A stretch of DNA of 64,000 nucleotides from Seison nebaliae (taxonomy: Eukaryota), in contig JALJEE010002534.1 in the NCBI GenBank assembly GCA_023231475.1, positions 1 through 64,000 of the forward strand. Reading direction: 5' to 3'. Numbering within the stretch: position 1 is the stretch's first letter; each line of letters opens with the position of its first letter. Shown here piece by piece: positions 38,191 through 50,470 of this stretch. Under the pieces are notes generated by a model. The model was not told where the DNA came from, searched no databases, and saw only the letters and a list, made by a program, of their open reading frames with translations. Position numbers and translations under genes: made by a program.

Positions 38191-40443
38191 TCAATGTATC
38201 TCGAAAACCATATGAGATGATTTGGATGAGGTAAATTTAAGATGAATTTTGTACTGTTTGAGATGTTTTGGACGATTAATTAATCGGAAACATAATAATT
38301 GCTCCAATTGAACGAGTTTCATGTTGACTTCCTCGCTTAGTTCGTAGTCATCAATCAGGTACATGTCGGCCAAAGTACAATCCGTTTGTTTGTTTGGCAT
38401 CTGACAACGAGCTATATCGGCAATGAAATAGTTGACGTGATTCTCCCGTAACAATTGAACCCATTTATTAACGTCTGTATTTAAACCATAGAATTTATAG
38501 AGATGATAAGTGCGATTTCTCAATTGGACATTCTCATAATGTGGATGATTAAATAGTCGTCGATTAGTCGATAATTTCAAATTGGCCATGACGTTCATAC
38601 TACCGGCGAAGATGGCATTCTTCTCAGTATTCTCGTTCACCCAATTGAATAATTCTTCCATTTCAGGATTCTCGTAAGAATTGTGATAAGCCGTTAATTT
38701 TTTTAGGTTCGACGATCCGACGATACACGGCCATATCATCAGACCACCCAACAAATAGATGATGTGTCGATTATGATTCATGAAATAGAAAGGGAGAAGG
38801 AAGAATAAGGCAGCGACGATACAAATGGTCGGGGTCCAAAACAATTGTAATCTCATGATGAATAAGGCCATGATGGTATGGAAGATGGTTTGGAATAGTA
38901 GCAACATTAACGATAAAGGGAAAACATGATTTTCCACTACTTTCTTCTCCTTCTCTTTTCGTTCTTTAACATTTTCATTCGAATAATTGTGAATATTTTC
39001 CGAAATTTGTCGTGCTCCAAAAAAATTTTTTGAAATAAAATATAAAATAATGAGCAGAGTGAGAGAAGCCAAAGGAATTAATAGAGATATTGAGAGATCG
39101 ATGAGAGTTTGTTTGGGAAGGAAATCGAACTCTTTCGCACACAAATACAATTTGGTATGAAATGTTTGAAAGTTGGTGAATTTGGCGAGGAGGATATCCC
39201 AAATATGTCGATCGTCGTTACTGGATTGAATTGAGAAACGAACGAGCATCAAAATTGAGAGAGATGAAAAACAAGAAAGAAAAAGTTGAAGATAATTATG
39301 AAGATGATCAAATAAGAGAATTGTAGCTAGAGTGAAAAAGAAGACGAAAATGAGAACGTAGAAAAGTAGAGAATGAAAGAGGAATCGTTGACAAAATTGG
39401 AAAATGAGAACGAGAAAGAAACTGAGAAGGAAATGAGAGAAAATGTTGAGAAATATAAATTTCTTTATGGACAACTCACGACGATTGTTCACCAGTCTCA
39501 CAAATTCATATGAGAAAATGATGAATAAAGAAACTATTTGTGTGGTCAATTGAAATTGAGCGAATTGCCAAGTGAGAAGATATATGACGTTAGTAACGAC
39601 CAATTTCCAATTGATCATATCATATTTATTCCGTTTGTTCGTCTCATCCAAATAACTGACCATCACCAACCATTGAAGGATATGGAAGGGATATGAAACC
39701 GTTTCCCGTAACGGCAACGTCCACATAACTCGTGTGGCATATCGCAAGTGGAAGAGATAGAAGGAACATGCAATAATGGAAATGAGAATAGAATAAACAG
39801 TTCGATGGAAAGTGAATGATTTGGAGAAATATCGATCGACTAAATCGAAGAATTGTCGAGCGAAAAAATAAGTGAGAAAGAAATAGGAAGTGAACATGAG
39901 CCATTGTAAGAGGAAGAAACATTCGCTATAGAATATGATAGGTTCACCTAATCCCACACAACTAATCACCACGGACGAATCACCTCGATTCACTTCGAAA
40001 CATTCATGTTTCCATAGCAACGACTCTTTCATCCAATATCGATATGATCGATATAATATACCAATAATTAATTCAGGTAATAAATTGAATCGTTGAAGAA
40101 CGTTAATGGAATTCGGTTGTTCAGTTCGATCATCATTCAACAAATGAGTAAACTCTTCCCATAAACTCTCGCCATTCACCAACTGCTTATAATAAGAGTA
40201 ATATAGTCCTTGTTCGGTTCGGAAGGACATCTCTCGCTCCATCTCCGACAACATTGAGAATTGTGTCGAATTTTCGAAGAGCGTTCGAATTAAATTCCAA
40301 TAACAATAACCGACCACCATCCCGATGAGAAGGACGAGTCGATCCCAAGAGAATGCCGACATCATCGTCTTATCGTTTAGCGCAGTAGATGAATTAATAG
40401 TGCGCTTAGAACTGCCTTTCAATTTCTTCCGTTTCTCTTTCAT
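38191..40443 (-). CDS. DPY19L1: C-mannosyltransferase DPY19-like, intronless
   Basis: EREMSFRTEQGLYYSYYK, LPLRE, FHTKLYLCAKEFDF, NHPHYE. Confidence 0.92.
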   Translation of the reverse strand: MKEKRKKLKGSSKRTINSSTALNDKTMMSAFSWDRLVLLIGMVVGYCYWNLIRTLFENSTQFSMLSEMEREMSFRTEQGLYYSYYKQLVNGESLWEEFTHLLNDDRTEQPNSINVLQRFNLLPELIIGILYRSYRYWMKESLLWKHECFEVNRGDSSVVISCVGLGEPIIFYSECFFLLQWLMFTSYFFLTYFFARQFFDLVDRYFSKSFTFHRTVYSILISIIACSFYLFHLRYATRVMWTLPLRETVSYPFHILQWLVMVSYLDETNKRNKYDMINWKLVVTNVIYLLTWQFAQFQLTTQIVSLFIIFSYEFVRLVNNRRELSIKKFIFLNIFSHFLLSFFLVLIFQFCQRFLFHSLLFYVLIFVFFFTLATILLFDHLHNYLQLFLSCFSSLSILMLVRFSIQSSNDDRHIWDILLAKFTNFQTFHTKLYLCAKEFDFLPKQTLIDLSISLLIPLASLTLLIILYFISKNFFGARQISENIHNYSNENVKERKEKEKKVVENHVFPLSLMLLLFQTIFHTIMALFIMRLQLFWTPTICIVAALFFLLPFYFMNHNRHIIYLLGGLMIWPCIVGSSNLKKLTAYHNSYENPEMEELFNWVNENTEKNAIFAGSMNVMANLKLSTNRRLFNHPHYENVQLRNRTYHLYKFYGLNTDVNKWVQLLRENHVNYFIADIARCQMPNKQTDCTLADMYLIDDYELSEEVNMKLVQLEQLLCFRLINRPKHLKQYKIHLKFTSSKSSHMVFEIH

Positions 40444-40840
40444 TTCGTATTTTTATAAAAAAATTTTCTAACAATTTCCTTTCTCTTACAATTATCGAGT
40501 GATGATTCATTCATGTACCATATGTGTGCCGTATGAGAACGTCATTACTAGTAAATGATCGAACAAAGGAATCGACCGAACAAATGCCGCAGTCATCGAT
40601 CACCAATCGATTAATTCCCTTCCCAAACATGAAAATCTTCAATTCAACTAATTTAAATTATCAGCCTCTCTAATTAATTTATATCTAATTGAAATTCCTA
40701 AAAAATTTAATTATTCGTGCAGAAAAAATGGGAATGCACAAAGAATGCACGAAAATGTTGAAATTGAAGGAAAGTTTATTTAAGAGAAGTTTTTTAGGCG
40801 AAAAAAAATGAGGAAGAAGATGATAATGATTATTTACAGT

Positions 40841-41398
40841 TTACAAATGTTTCAACGCCGTTTCCAACAAAATGTGCGGTTGTGTACAAGTCAAATTCCG
40901 TTGGAAGGTATAAGACGACGGATTGTTGATGGTGGGCGCGAATTCCGCTTCACAATTCAACGTCATCAAATCCTTCCGATTGATAAGCGGTCCTGTTTCG
41001 TTCGCTTTCTGATGGAGAAGCGATCGACGAATTTCGTTCGCTTCCTGCAATTGTAATTGATATGTGATCGTGTACATGTCTTGGATGGTGTGATGTAATT
41101 TTTCTGGTTGCATTCGAGAGAATTCATTCACTAATTCCACATCGTCCATCGACAAGTTTTCCACCCACTTCTTATCGAATCGTAATTCGGTGGGGAGATC
41201 TTCGATGGGAATTGACGATTCGAAAATATTCTCTGCTTTCTCCTTCGGGAGACTTCGTGTCATATTATCGATGATCTCATTCAAATCCACTTCATTCGCT
41301 TCCTCCACATTCTTCTCCTCCGTTTCTTCTTCGAACATGAGTTCGGTGAGATTCCTCTCCATATTCTCCCACGTAAACTTCTCATTACACAACGACAT
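40841..41398 (-). CDS. LIN52: Protein lin-52 homolog (MuvB/DREAM complex)
   Basis: FESS..E.LP and LSMDDVELVNEFSRM..YQLQLQEANEIRR resemble LIN52 AYQLGLDESREMTR. Confidence 0.7.
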   Translation of the reverse strand: MSLCNEKFTWENMERNLTELMFEEETEEKNVEEANEVDLNEIIDNMTRSLPKEKAENIFESSIPIEDLPTELRFDKKWVENLSMDDVELVNEFSRMQPEKLHHTIQDMYTITYQLQLQEANEIRRSLLHQKANETGPLINRKDLMTLNCEAEFAPTINNPSSYTFQRNLTCTQPHILLETALKHL

Positions 41399-41829
41399 CT
41401 CTTGAACGAATTCGTCGAAATTTCAAATGTTTTCAATTTAAAATCTTTTTGGGGACATAAGCTTAGAATTTGAATTTCCGATAAATAATTAAGAAATTGA
41501 ACAATTTTTAATTCGGTACTTTGTCAACTAGTTGGAAGCTTGTCAGATCTCCAATGCAGATTAATTGTTTTAAAATAACAGAAATATAATGGAATTGAAT
41601 GAGATTGATGATGGTTTGATGGAATGGGAGAAAGACAAGGAAATGGAAACGATAATTAAATGGAAGACAGTTGAAACAACTTCTGACCAGAAATTAAAGA
41701 GTCTCCCTCTCCCCAATTATGGGAGAGTCGTTAACTGTGAGAATGGTTGTGAGGTGGATGGGGAAGTGGAGTGGAGTATTTGAGAGGAGAAGTGATTGGA
41801 GAAAAGTAAAATATTTGATTTCAATTATC

Positions 41830-42522
41830 ATGATTTCCATTTTGTTTCCTTATCTCTCATTCATGCTTATTAATAATGTGGTTATATCCGTTTCGGATGA
41901 GACTGTAATCAACAATGACATTCCGTTAAGTGTGGCGACTACATTCAGTTTTCTCATTTATCTTCTTCCCGATTGTTTGATGAGTGGTGATGGTATGAAT
42001 TTTCAGAACGGATCACCGATATCCACCAATCGAAGAATGATCAGACGTTGAACGATATGCAATATATCGGCCGTATGTGTACCATGAAATTGATTTCAGA
42101 TACGGAAGAAACGATAATGAAAGTTTCAATTTCTCAATCGCTTTTCCATCTCCGTCCACAGTTATAAATGATAGTTGAGAACGACGGGACAGATCATTCA
42201 ATCGAAAATCAATAATGTCGATAATAGTTATGTGGAGAATTATTTGAATCTCGTTCTCCAAATTCATCGGCAGTTAGATGAATTACAGAACGCTTATGCT
42301 AAAGTCATCGGAACCACCGAGAAATTTTTAGACTCGTATTTAACGTCGCCCAATATCTCCAATTTCCGTCTACAACGACGAATAGAGAAAGTGGCGGAAA
42401 AGTTCGCAGAGAAAATCGTTACTCTCCACAATAAGAGGGATGAGCAACAGTCGGATTATAAGCGTCAAACAACCATCATTTCGGAAGGCGTTGGAATTGA
42501 AGAGGCAGAAGACAATGTGTGA
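41830..42522 (+). CDS. Uncharacterised small, possibly secreted helical protein (tentative 3-exon model)
   Basis: Hydrophobic N-terminus MISILFPYLSFMLI; two GTT..AG introns join frames into ORF 42175-42522. Confidence 0.35.
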
Positions 42523-45500
42523 GAAGTAACTATAAAGAAATTTCCATTCCATCTGATCTCATTTGATAAGTAATAAAAGAAACGGAAATTATTTCACTTC
42601 CTATCATCACATCTCGTCGATTAGAAGCCTAAATTGATCTCTCCATTTCGTCTTTGGAAAAAATATGGTAATTTCTTTAATTATTTTCGGATTAATCGAT
42701 TAGCGCAATTTCATCGTCATTTATCAGAATATATTTATTTCTTAATTCCCCTTCACTCCTATTGCTCACAAATGAACAACAACTGTAGCTCTCTCTCATA
42801 AACGAATTAGGAATTGGAAGAAATGGTTTTCTACCGTTTTTCTTTCTCGTTCTCATTCTAATCGCGTTGATATAGATGGGAGAATGAGTTATTTTATTCA
42901 TTCGCATTCGAAAAGAAAGAAAAGTAAGGAAATTTAATTTTTTTTCTTCTTTCTTATCCACTATCGATAGTTATATGGCGATTGATGGTTTTCTTCTTTT
43001 TGAGAAGAATCGATAAATGAAAATCGAAGAAGATGTAAACGTTCCGGTTCAGTTCGTAAAAATTGATTGTCTAATCAATTGATGTTATTATCGTATCTCA
43101 TTTATCATTAGGGAGAATAATCGATAATAATAATAATTCTCTTGTAAGTTCAGACAGAAATGGTAATCAATTACAAAAATAATTTTTCCGATGAGAAAAA
43201 ATTTGAAATAACTGACGTTTGAATAAGGAGGGAGGGGAGGAGGAGGTGAAGAGGAGGAGGAGAAACAAACGTAGAATAAAACGAACCAACGCCACGCCAC
43301 GCCATTCAACTCATCTCAACTCAACTCGATTCGACTCGACTCGTGTCAATAGATGAGAAATAATTGAATAATTCTCCTAATCTTCCCTCGGAGTGATATG
43401 ACTTAATTAATTTGGTGGAAAGTTATGTAAACAAAAGTCATTACTTATCATTAACATCATCCATCCACTGTCAAAGAATAAATGGTTAAAAGTGACATTT
43501 TTTCTTCTCGAACAATATACTACGTCGACGTCGATGACGATATTGTTGGAGGGGGGAAGGGGGAGAATGAGTGATGGTATAGAGCGGTTATGTATGGATA
43601 TCTAATAATTTGCCAGTCGTTCAGTTCGATTGAACGATACGAAGAGAATGGATGAATGTTAATACGATCAATCACTACACGTACTTCATCTTCCATCAAC
43701 ACGCAATTATACGATATTCTTCTTTTCTTACTGATAACCATTTCTATTCTATTGTTGTTGTCTTCTTCTTCGTCTTCTTCTTCTTCTTTTGTGTGTGGGA
43801 AGAATGGGAGAGGAGGGTGGTGGATAGACTAGAACAAGAAGATATAGTCGCAGCAGATGACTAGTAGAGACGAAATATTGAAGTCGATCTATTGATAACA
43901 TCTCTTCATTCATTTATATTCATTCAGTCATTCGGATTGAATTACACCATCCATATATTCTCTTTTCGTCTAATACTTCTCCGATTGAATGGGGACTGAC
44001 ACTTGCCGTTCTATCCTTCTCCCATGCATTCATTATCATCGATCGTGCGCATACGGTGGTAGAGATATTGATTTAAAAGGAAAATGTTTAAATATCTCCC
44101 CCTCCCCCCCTCCTCTACAATTCCATTACATCGTTACTTCCATCTGATTATTTACATAATACTGAAAAGACATTCCCTAACTTCTCCAAATCATTCTCGA
44201 GTCGTGTGTATATTTCTCTTCCATCACAAATGTAGAGGAGGAGATGTAATGTAGATCTCCAATGTAATTTCATTGATAATGGAATTGATAATGATACATA
44301 TCTGTTAGGAAGCAAATCGATCATCATTCGAATGGAAATCGAAGAATTTCCAAAGAAATCTTAGTGTGAAATTAATCGTCTCAATTCAGACGAATTGACT
44401 ACACCCTAACAACTGATCGTTCGTCCCCTCCCAGTCTCCCAATTTTTTTAAATTTCATTTTAATGGAAAAATATTTTGTGTTTTTATCTTAACGCAATCT
44501 GACTAAATGTACTTGTTGGACGAAGGAGAAAAAATAATTCGAATTTTTATCATAATGCAATCTTTGATTTCTTCTCAAAATTCTATCTAGAAATTCCATT
44601 TCACGACTAGTATTTCGAGTGGAGGAATTTCTCCATCAATTCCATTAAACCACGTCATTGTTCATCTGAAAATCGTCTTAATGTTTCCAATTCGACAGGG
44701 AAATTGAGTGAAATTTGTGTGGGTTGAAGAACGAAATGGAAAAAGTAGAATTTAATTGATCTCTCCATTTTTTAATTCGATTAACAACAACATTAATTTC
44801 TGGTTTGGTGGATGGAATTTATCTGTCGTCCACTCTCCTCCTCCCACCATTCCTCTTGAATGATGGTTAGGACATCTCTCTATATACGTCGATTGGGAGA
44901 TAATTAATAGGAGGACTATTAATTTATTTGAGAAAAATTCATTAAATGTCTTTCGAAAACTTTTCTTTCTGTTTTTTGAGTGAGAATGATGGAATGTCTT
45001 CGATTCGTGTGAGTTTCGTGGGAAAAACTTCCACAACGATACGACGAGAGCAAAAGTGAAGTTGAGTGTTGAAAGTAAATGAATATTTGTTGTGCTGATG
45101 TGAGTGATGGTGGTGGTGTATGATGAGAGGATGTGTATGAAACTGAAACTGCTTCATTTGTTATTTTATCCTTCACTCCATCTTGTCGTTAAGGTGATAG
45201 TTCTCTCTTGTTCCATTTCCTTATTATTTCTTTTGCATCATCTCCCCTTCCCCTCTGACTACATTAGAAGTTCTTCCACATCTTCCAATTTTCATATGAT
45301 TATTTCTCTCTCTCTCTCTCTCTTTCTCTCTCATTGTGTATGTCTTGAAAAGAAATATTATGAGAATTCTTATTAATTTGATTCAGTTTGTCGTGTGAAA
45401 AAAAAAGAAAATTTAATTGGGAGAAGATGATTTTTAATCGATCTGTATGAATTGAATTGTGACAGATTTCGTTCATGGGAAGAGTGAGAATATATTTGAA

Positions 45501-45538
45501 AATATTTTTCGGCCACTGAGAAAGTTTGGAGAGTTGAC

Positions 45539-47221
45539 ATGAAGGAGTCATCTCCTCCCAACAAGATCGTTCGCTTATACAACAACATTCACTTCCATTA
45601 CGACAATGTTAAATTAAATAATAATAACAACATCAATAATAATGGTGGTAGTAGTGGTGGTGGTGGCGGAGCGAGTAATAGTAATTTCTCTTTAAACATT
45701 CAATCGACTCATCTGTTGGAGATCAATCATTTCACCCCGAAACAAATCGCTTGGATTTATAAACAATCGTCATATCCCTCATCGTTCGATCGGTCGAATG
45801 ATGAGATTATTGGCAGTATTGACGTTCCCATCGAAATGAATGGGAATGATAAGAAGAAGTGGATGATCCATCGGAAATTCCCTCAAGATTTCCATCATTT
45901 CGATCATTGGCTACATTGTTGTTGTTTCAATCGCTCCTTCACTCAACTGCCCACTATTCACTATGTGAATGTCTCTCAATTCCTCTTCGTACAAAACGAG
46001 GAACAAAGACGAATTCCCCTTAATTGTCAAACGAATAATTATGCGCAATTGTCGAGTGCACTTAAGCTGATTTGTGTGCACTTCATTCACCAATATCTCA
46101 AACGACTCAATGACGTCATTCTCAAAACGAATTATTCGAACCAAATTAATTGTTCATTTGTCTTGAATTGGTGCGAGATCGACAATCACGGACGACGACT
46201 CGTCGATCTGCCAACGAAGAAACATATCAAAATTCAAGAGAACAAAGACTCAACTTGTCAGACATCCATCAACTTCAGTTATGGTCAGAACGACTTAACA
46301 GACGATAGTGGGGAGAATGATTACGAAGTGAACGATGATGATGACGACAACCAATTAATGTCCACCTCCGCCATCAACATTCCTGCAATAGCGACTGGTC
46401 GTTGCATAAAGAAATATGAGGCACTCAATTCCGACGAATTGTCGTTAAATGTCAACGATCTCGTCTCCATCATCGACACGTCGTATGAGACGAAAGAGAA
46501 TTATAATCTTCCCACTAATCACACTCATTGGTATCGGGGGAAGAAGTTGAATGATTTATCTGTCGGTTTCTTCCCTCACAATTGCATCGAATTGATCAAT
46601 GCGAAAAATTTGCTCTCACTCAAATTCCTCCAGACATTGAAAGATGATGGTCGTTTGAAAAAGAGAAAGAATGAAATTGGTGATCAATCTCGATCAAGAG
46701 CCTCCATCGACATCATCCATCCAATGGATACTAATCGGATTGTTCTTCCTTCCACGTCCATCGGTTATCATAATTTATCTAGATCTTCTCTCTCGTCTTC
46801 TTCCTCATCGTCCGTCTCCGGATTAACAAGGAATAATTGCAATATAATTGCAACCAATACTAACAATCGATCAATGATCACCTCAATCATTCATGACACA
46901 AAATCCACATCAACATCTAACACACCGTTAACAACGATAACCACCACGAATATTCAAACGTCATCCTCCTCCTCAAATTCCTCTACTATCACTACCACCA
47001 CCACCACATCAGGAAAATCGGCAGTAACAAATTATTGTTATACTCCGAAAAAGTATTTGAGAAATCGAAAGAAACTAAATCAGAATTCATCCATCTTTCA
47101 ACGTCTCAGAAACTTCTTGTTATATCGACCAAATCGAAATGTTCTCCGTTCTAACGGAATTTTCAAGGAACGTCTTTTCGGTTGTGACTTATGTGAATAT
47201 ATCGTCAACAATAACAGCAGA

Positions 47222-47261
<40 letters not shown>

Positions 47262-50023
47262 ATTATCAGATTGATTCGATGGGGAATGGTAACGATGATG
47301 ATGATGATAATAAAAACCATCAAACAGGAATTCTCGCACCATTGGCACGTGGATCAGATCCCGATATCGAAACCATCGCTTACAATCATAAAAGACCAAT
47401 ATATTTGACGAAGAAAGAGAAATTGAAAGAACGATTACCAAAAAATTTAAATAATATTAATAATAATAATGATGTTAATAATTTTCAAAAAAGAAATGGA
47501 TTGAGCACATTATATTCGTCGAAATTATGGATAAATCATCAATCGTCGTTCATTCCGAATGTGGTGGTGGTGTGTGTACAATTTCTGGAAAAGAATGGAA
47601 TTGTTGATGGAATTTATCGATTATCAGGAACAATGTCGAATGTTCAAAAATTACGATTATTATTCGACGAGAATCATATTCATTCAGCTGCTCAACTCAC
47701 TTATACGTCTTCAACAATATCTTCTTCTTCTTGTTCGTCTTCTTCTTCTTCTTCTTCTTCTTCTTCTTCTTCCATGACTATCACCACTCCCATCACCTCG
47801 TCACAACACAACAAATATTTCAGTAAAGTCTCAAAGAAAGCGACGAGTGTTATCACTCCGAGTGGAGAGCGAAAAAAATACAGAATTATTGATGTTCACG
47901 CTATCTCGTCTTTACTTAAATTATATTTTCGAGAACTGCCAAATCCGTTGTTGACGAATCAGCTTTATGGTGAGTTCACTTCGATTTTCATCGATCGATT
48001 AAATATCGAGAAAACGTCGGCAGGCACTTCGATCAATTTGCAACGACTCTCCTCAGATCTCCATCGCAAACAGGAGACGATCGATAGACTCAAAAACGTC
48101 CTCAAGAAATTGCCACCGCCACATTATCACACGTTAAAATATCTGATGTTTCATCTCCATCATATGTCGACATTCGAGAATCGGACGAATATGAATATTC
48201 GAAATTTAGCGATTGTCTGGTCACCCAATTTATTGAGACCACAAGAAAATATGGATTATACAAAGAAACATAATTCCTCCATCATCAATCAGAGTAAATG
48301 TTACGGATCGAATAAAGGTCGAAATGATCCGAATGAAATTAATCGAAATACTTTACTAGCTCTCCAATCGGTCTCATTACAAGCTCTACTAACTGAATTT
48401 CTTATTCAATATGTATTTGAATTATTCGAAGAAGAAGAAGGAGAAATTCATAATGAAAATGAATCGAAAGTTGAGAATGATCAATTGATAAAGAATAAAA
48501 ATGGAAATAAAATGAAATTACTTGTCACTCCATTAACGTCGAATTCTTCTATTATCTCTCCGCCATTGTTGACCACGTCGTATTTGGAGAAACATCGTTT
48601 ACTCGATCCAAATCGACAGAATCGACTCATCTCTCAATCATCGAACATTCCGACGATGGTGGAATTCAGTCAACGATCAATTCCTCTCATCTCTATCGAC
48701 GAAGCACAAAAGAAGCACAAACATTTAGCGCAAAGTCTTTCCGCTACCAATCTCCATTCATTCTCACACGACATCTTTCCATCCTCTCCACCAACTAACA
48801 ATAACAACAACAACAACAATCAGAATCGATTCCTTCAACAATCGATTAATGATGAATTTCATAAAATTATCGATCAGAATAATAATCGATATCTGCTAAT
48901 GAATCAACAATCGAATCAGTTTTCGGTGGCGAAGGAATCAGGTAAGAAGATTCGAGAATTAATTCTCATGGAACAGAATGAGGAGACGCATCAAATCTAT
49001 TCGTCGGTAGATGATAATTATCGTCGGAAGAAAAGCGAGTCGAGCAACGAGAGAAAACGAATGGAATATGAAGACGAAGTTCATGAATTGAACAATCCAA
49101 TTCATCCCGTTATCAACGACAACGAATATTATTATAACTCGTTAGGCATCGACAACAATCCAGTGCCATTAGCTACACCGGACACATCGATTTATACGAA
49201 GGATTATTCAAATTATTCCGCTACGTCTAACAACCGTTACAAATTGATCGATAATGAATCGTATTCATATTCAAATAAATTATTATCCGACGACTTATTA
49301 AAGGAGAATATTATTAGTAAAAAATGCGGCTCATCAACCCAGACGATTGATTTAGATTCCATTCTAACGGAAGCTACTCAAAATCTGAAATGCATTTCTT
49401 CCGATCATCATACGAATCATATCGATAATCATCTCGATCAGATCGTTACGAATAATTCGTTGAACTCACAAAAGTTGTGGGAGAAACGATTGAACTCGTA
49501 TCTCTCACCTCAGAAACAACATTATCCTTATGATTATATGAATCCTCAGCCAAATTACTCGTGTCGAACTGATGATATTCCATCAAACCCTTCCACTGCC
49601 GCCTCCACTCTAAGAAAACGAAGCGATTACATCTTTTATGATTCATCCAATCCAAAACCATCAAATACTACTACTATTACTACTACTACTACTAATAATA
49701 ATCCTCTGACTCCCGCTACAACTACTACGAATAATTCTTCGAATTTAAGAACAAACAACAACAACAACAAAAATCGTAGAAATGAATATTTGCGACGGAA
49801 GCATCATTCGTCGAATCAATTGATGGATGAGAAGAAATCATCATCATCATCATCATCATCGTCATCAGTTTTCCAGAATAATTTTATCAAACCAAAATCA
49901 CACAATATCACAACCAAAACCAAAACCAACAACAACAACAATAATGACACAGCAGAAAAAGATTCAATTTTAACTTTCCAACAAATTCGAACTAAATTCG
50001 AAGCACCGGTATCAATCCTTTAA
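45539..50023 (+). CDS. ARHGAP32: Rho GTPase-activating protein 32/33-like (PX-like, SH3, RhoGAP), intronless, with long N/S/T tracts
   Basis: SH3 (ELSLNVNDLVSIID..WYRGK..VGFFP), KERLFGCDL, GIVDGIYRLSG, LKLYFRELPNPLLT, NLAIVWSPNLLR. Confidence 0.88.
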
Positions 50024-50470
50024 TATCTGAACTTTCTTTTTTCAATCCTTTTCTTTAAAGTTTGATAAGTGTCGAAAAACTCTTCTCAATTTTTTTCCTT
50101 TTCCATTTTACTACACAACTTATCAATCCGATTTATGGTGATACTTTTTTGTTTAATATTTCTGTCACTTGCCAATTCTCTCAGTCACCTGCATTTTTTT
50201 CAATTATTCTTTTTACGTTCAATCAAAAATAAAGATGAAATCAAATTTCTTATTCTCTTCACAATTTTCCTTACAAATTGACAAGTTAAAATCGTTTAAA
50301 TAAGGAAAATCTAGGAAATTTAAGGTATTTTTAAGAATGGCTTTTCTAAAAGAGAACCGCAAGAAAAAAAAAGATTTTTGTAAAAGGAAAATTTGAATGA
50401 AATTCTCCAAATGGAAAGCTGAAATTAATTGTTCCAATTGAAACTTATCAATCGACAAGTTCTGTTTGTC

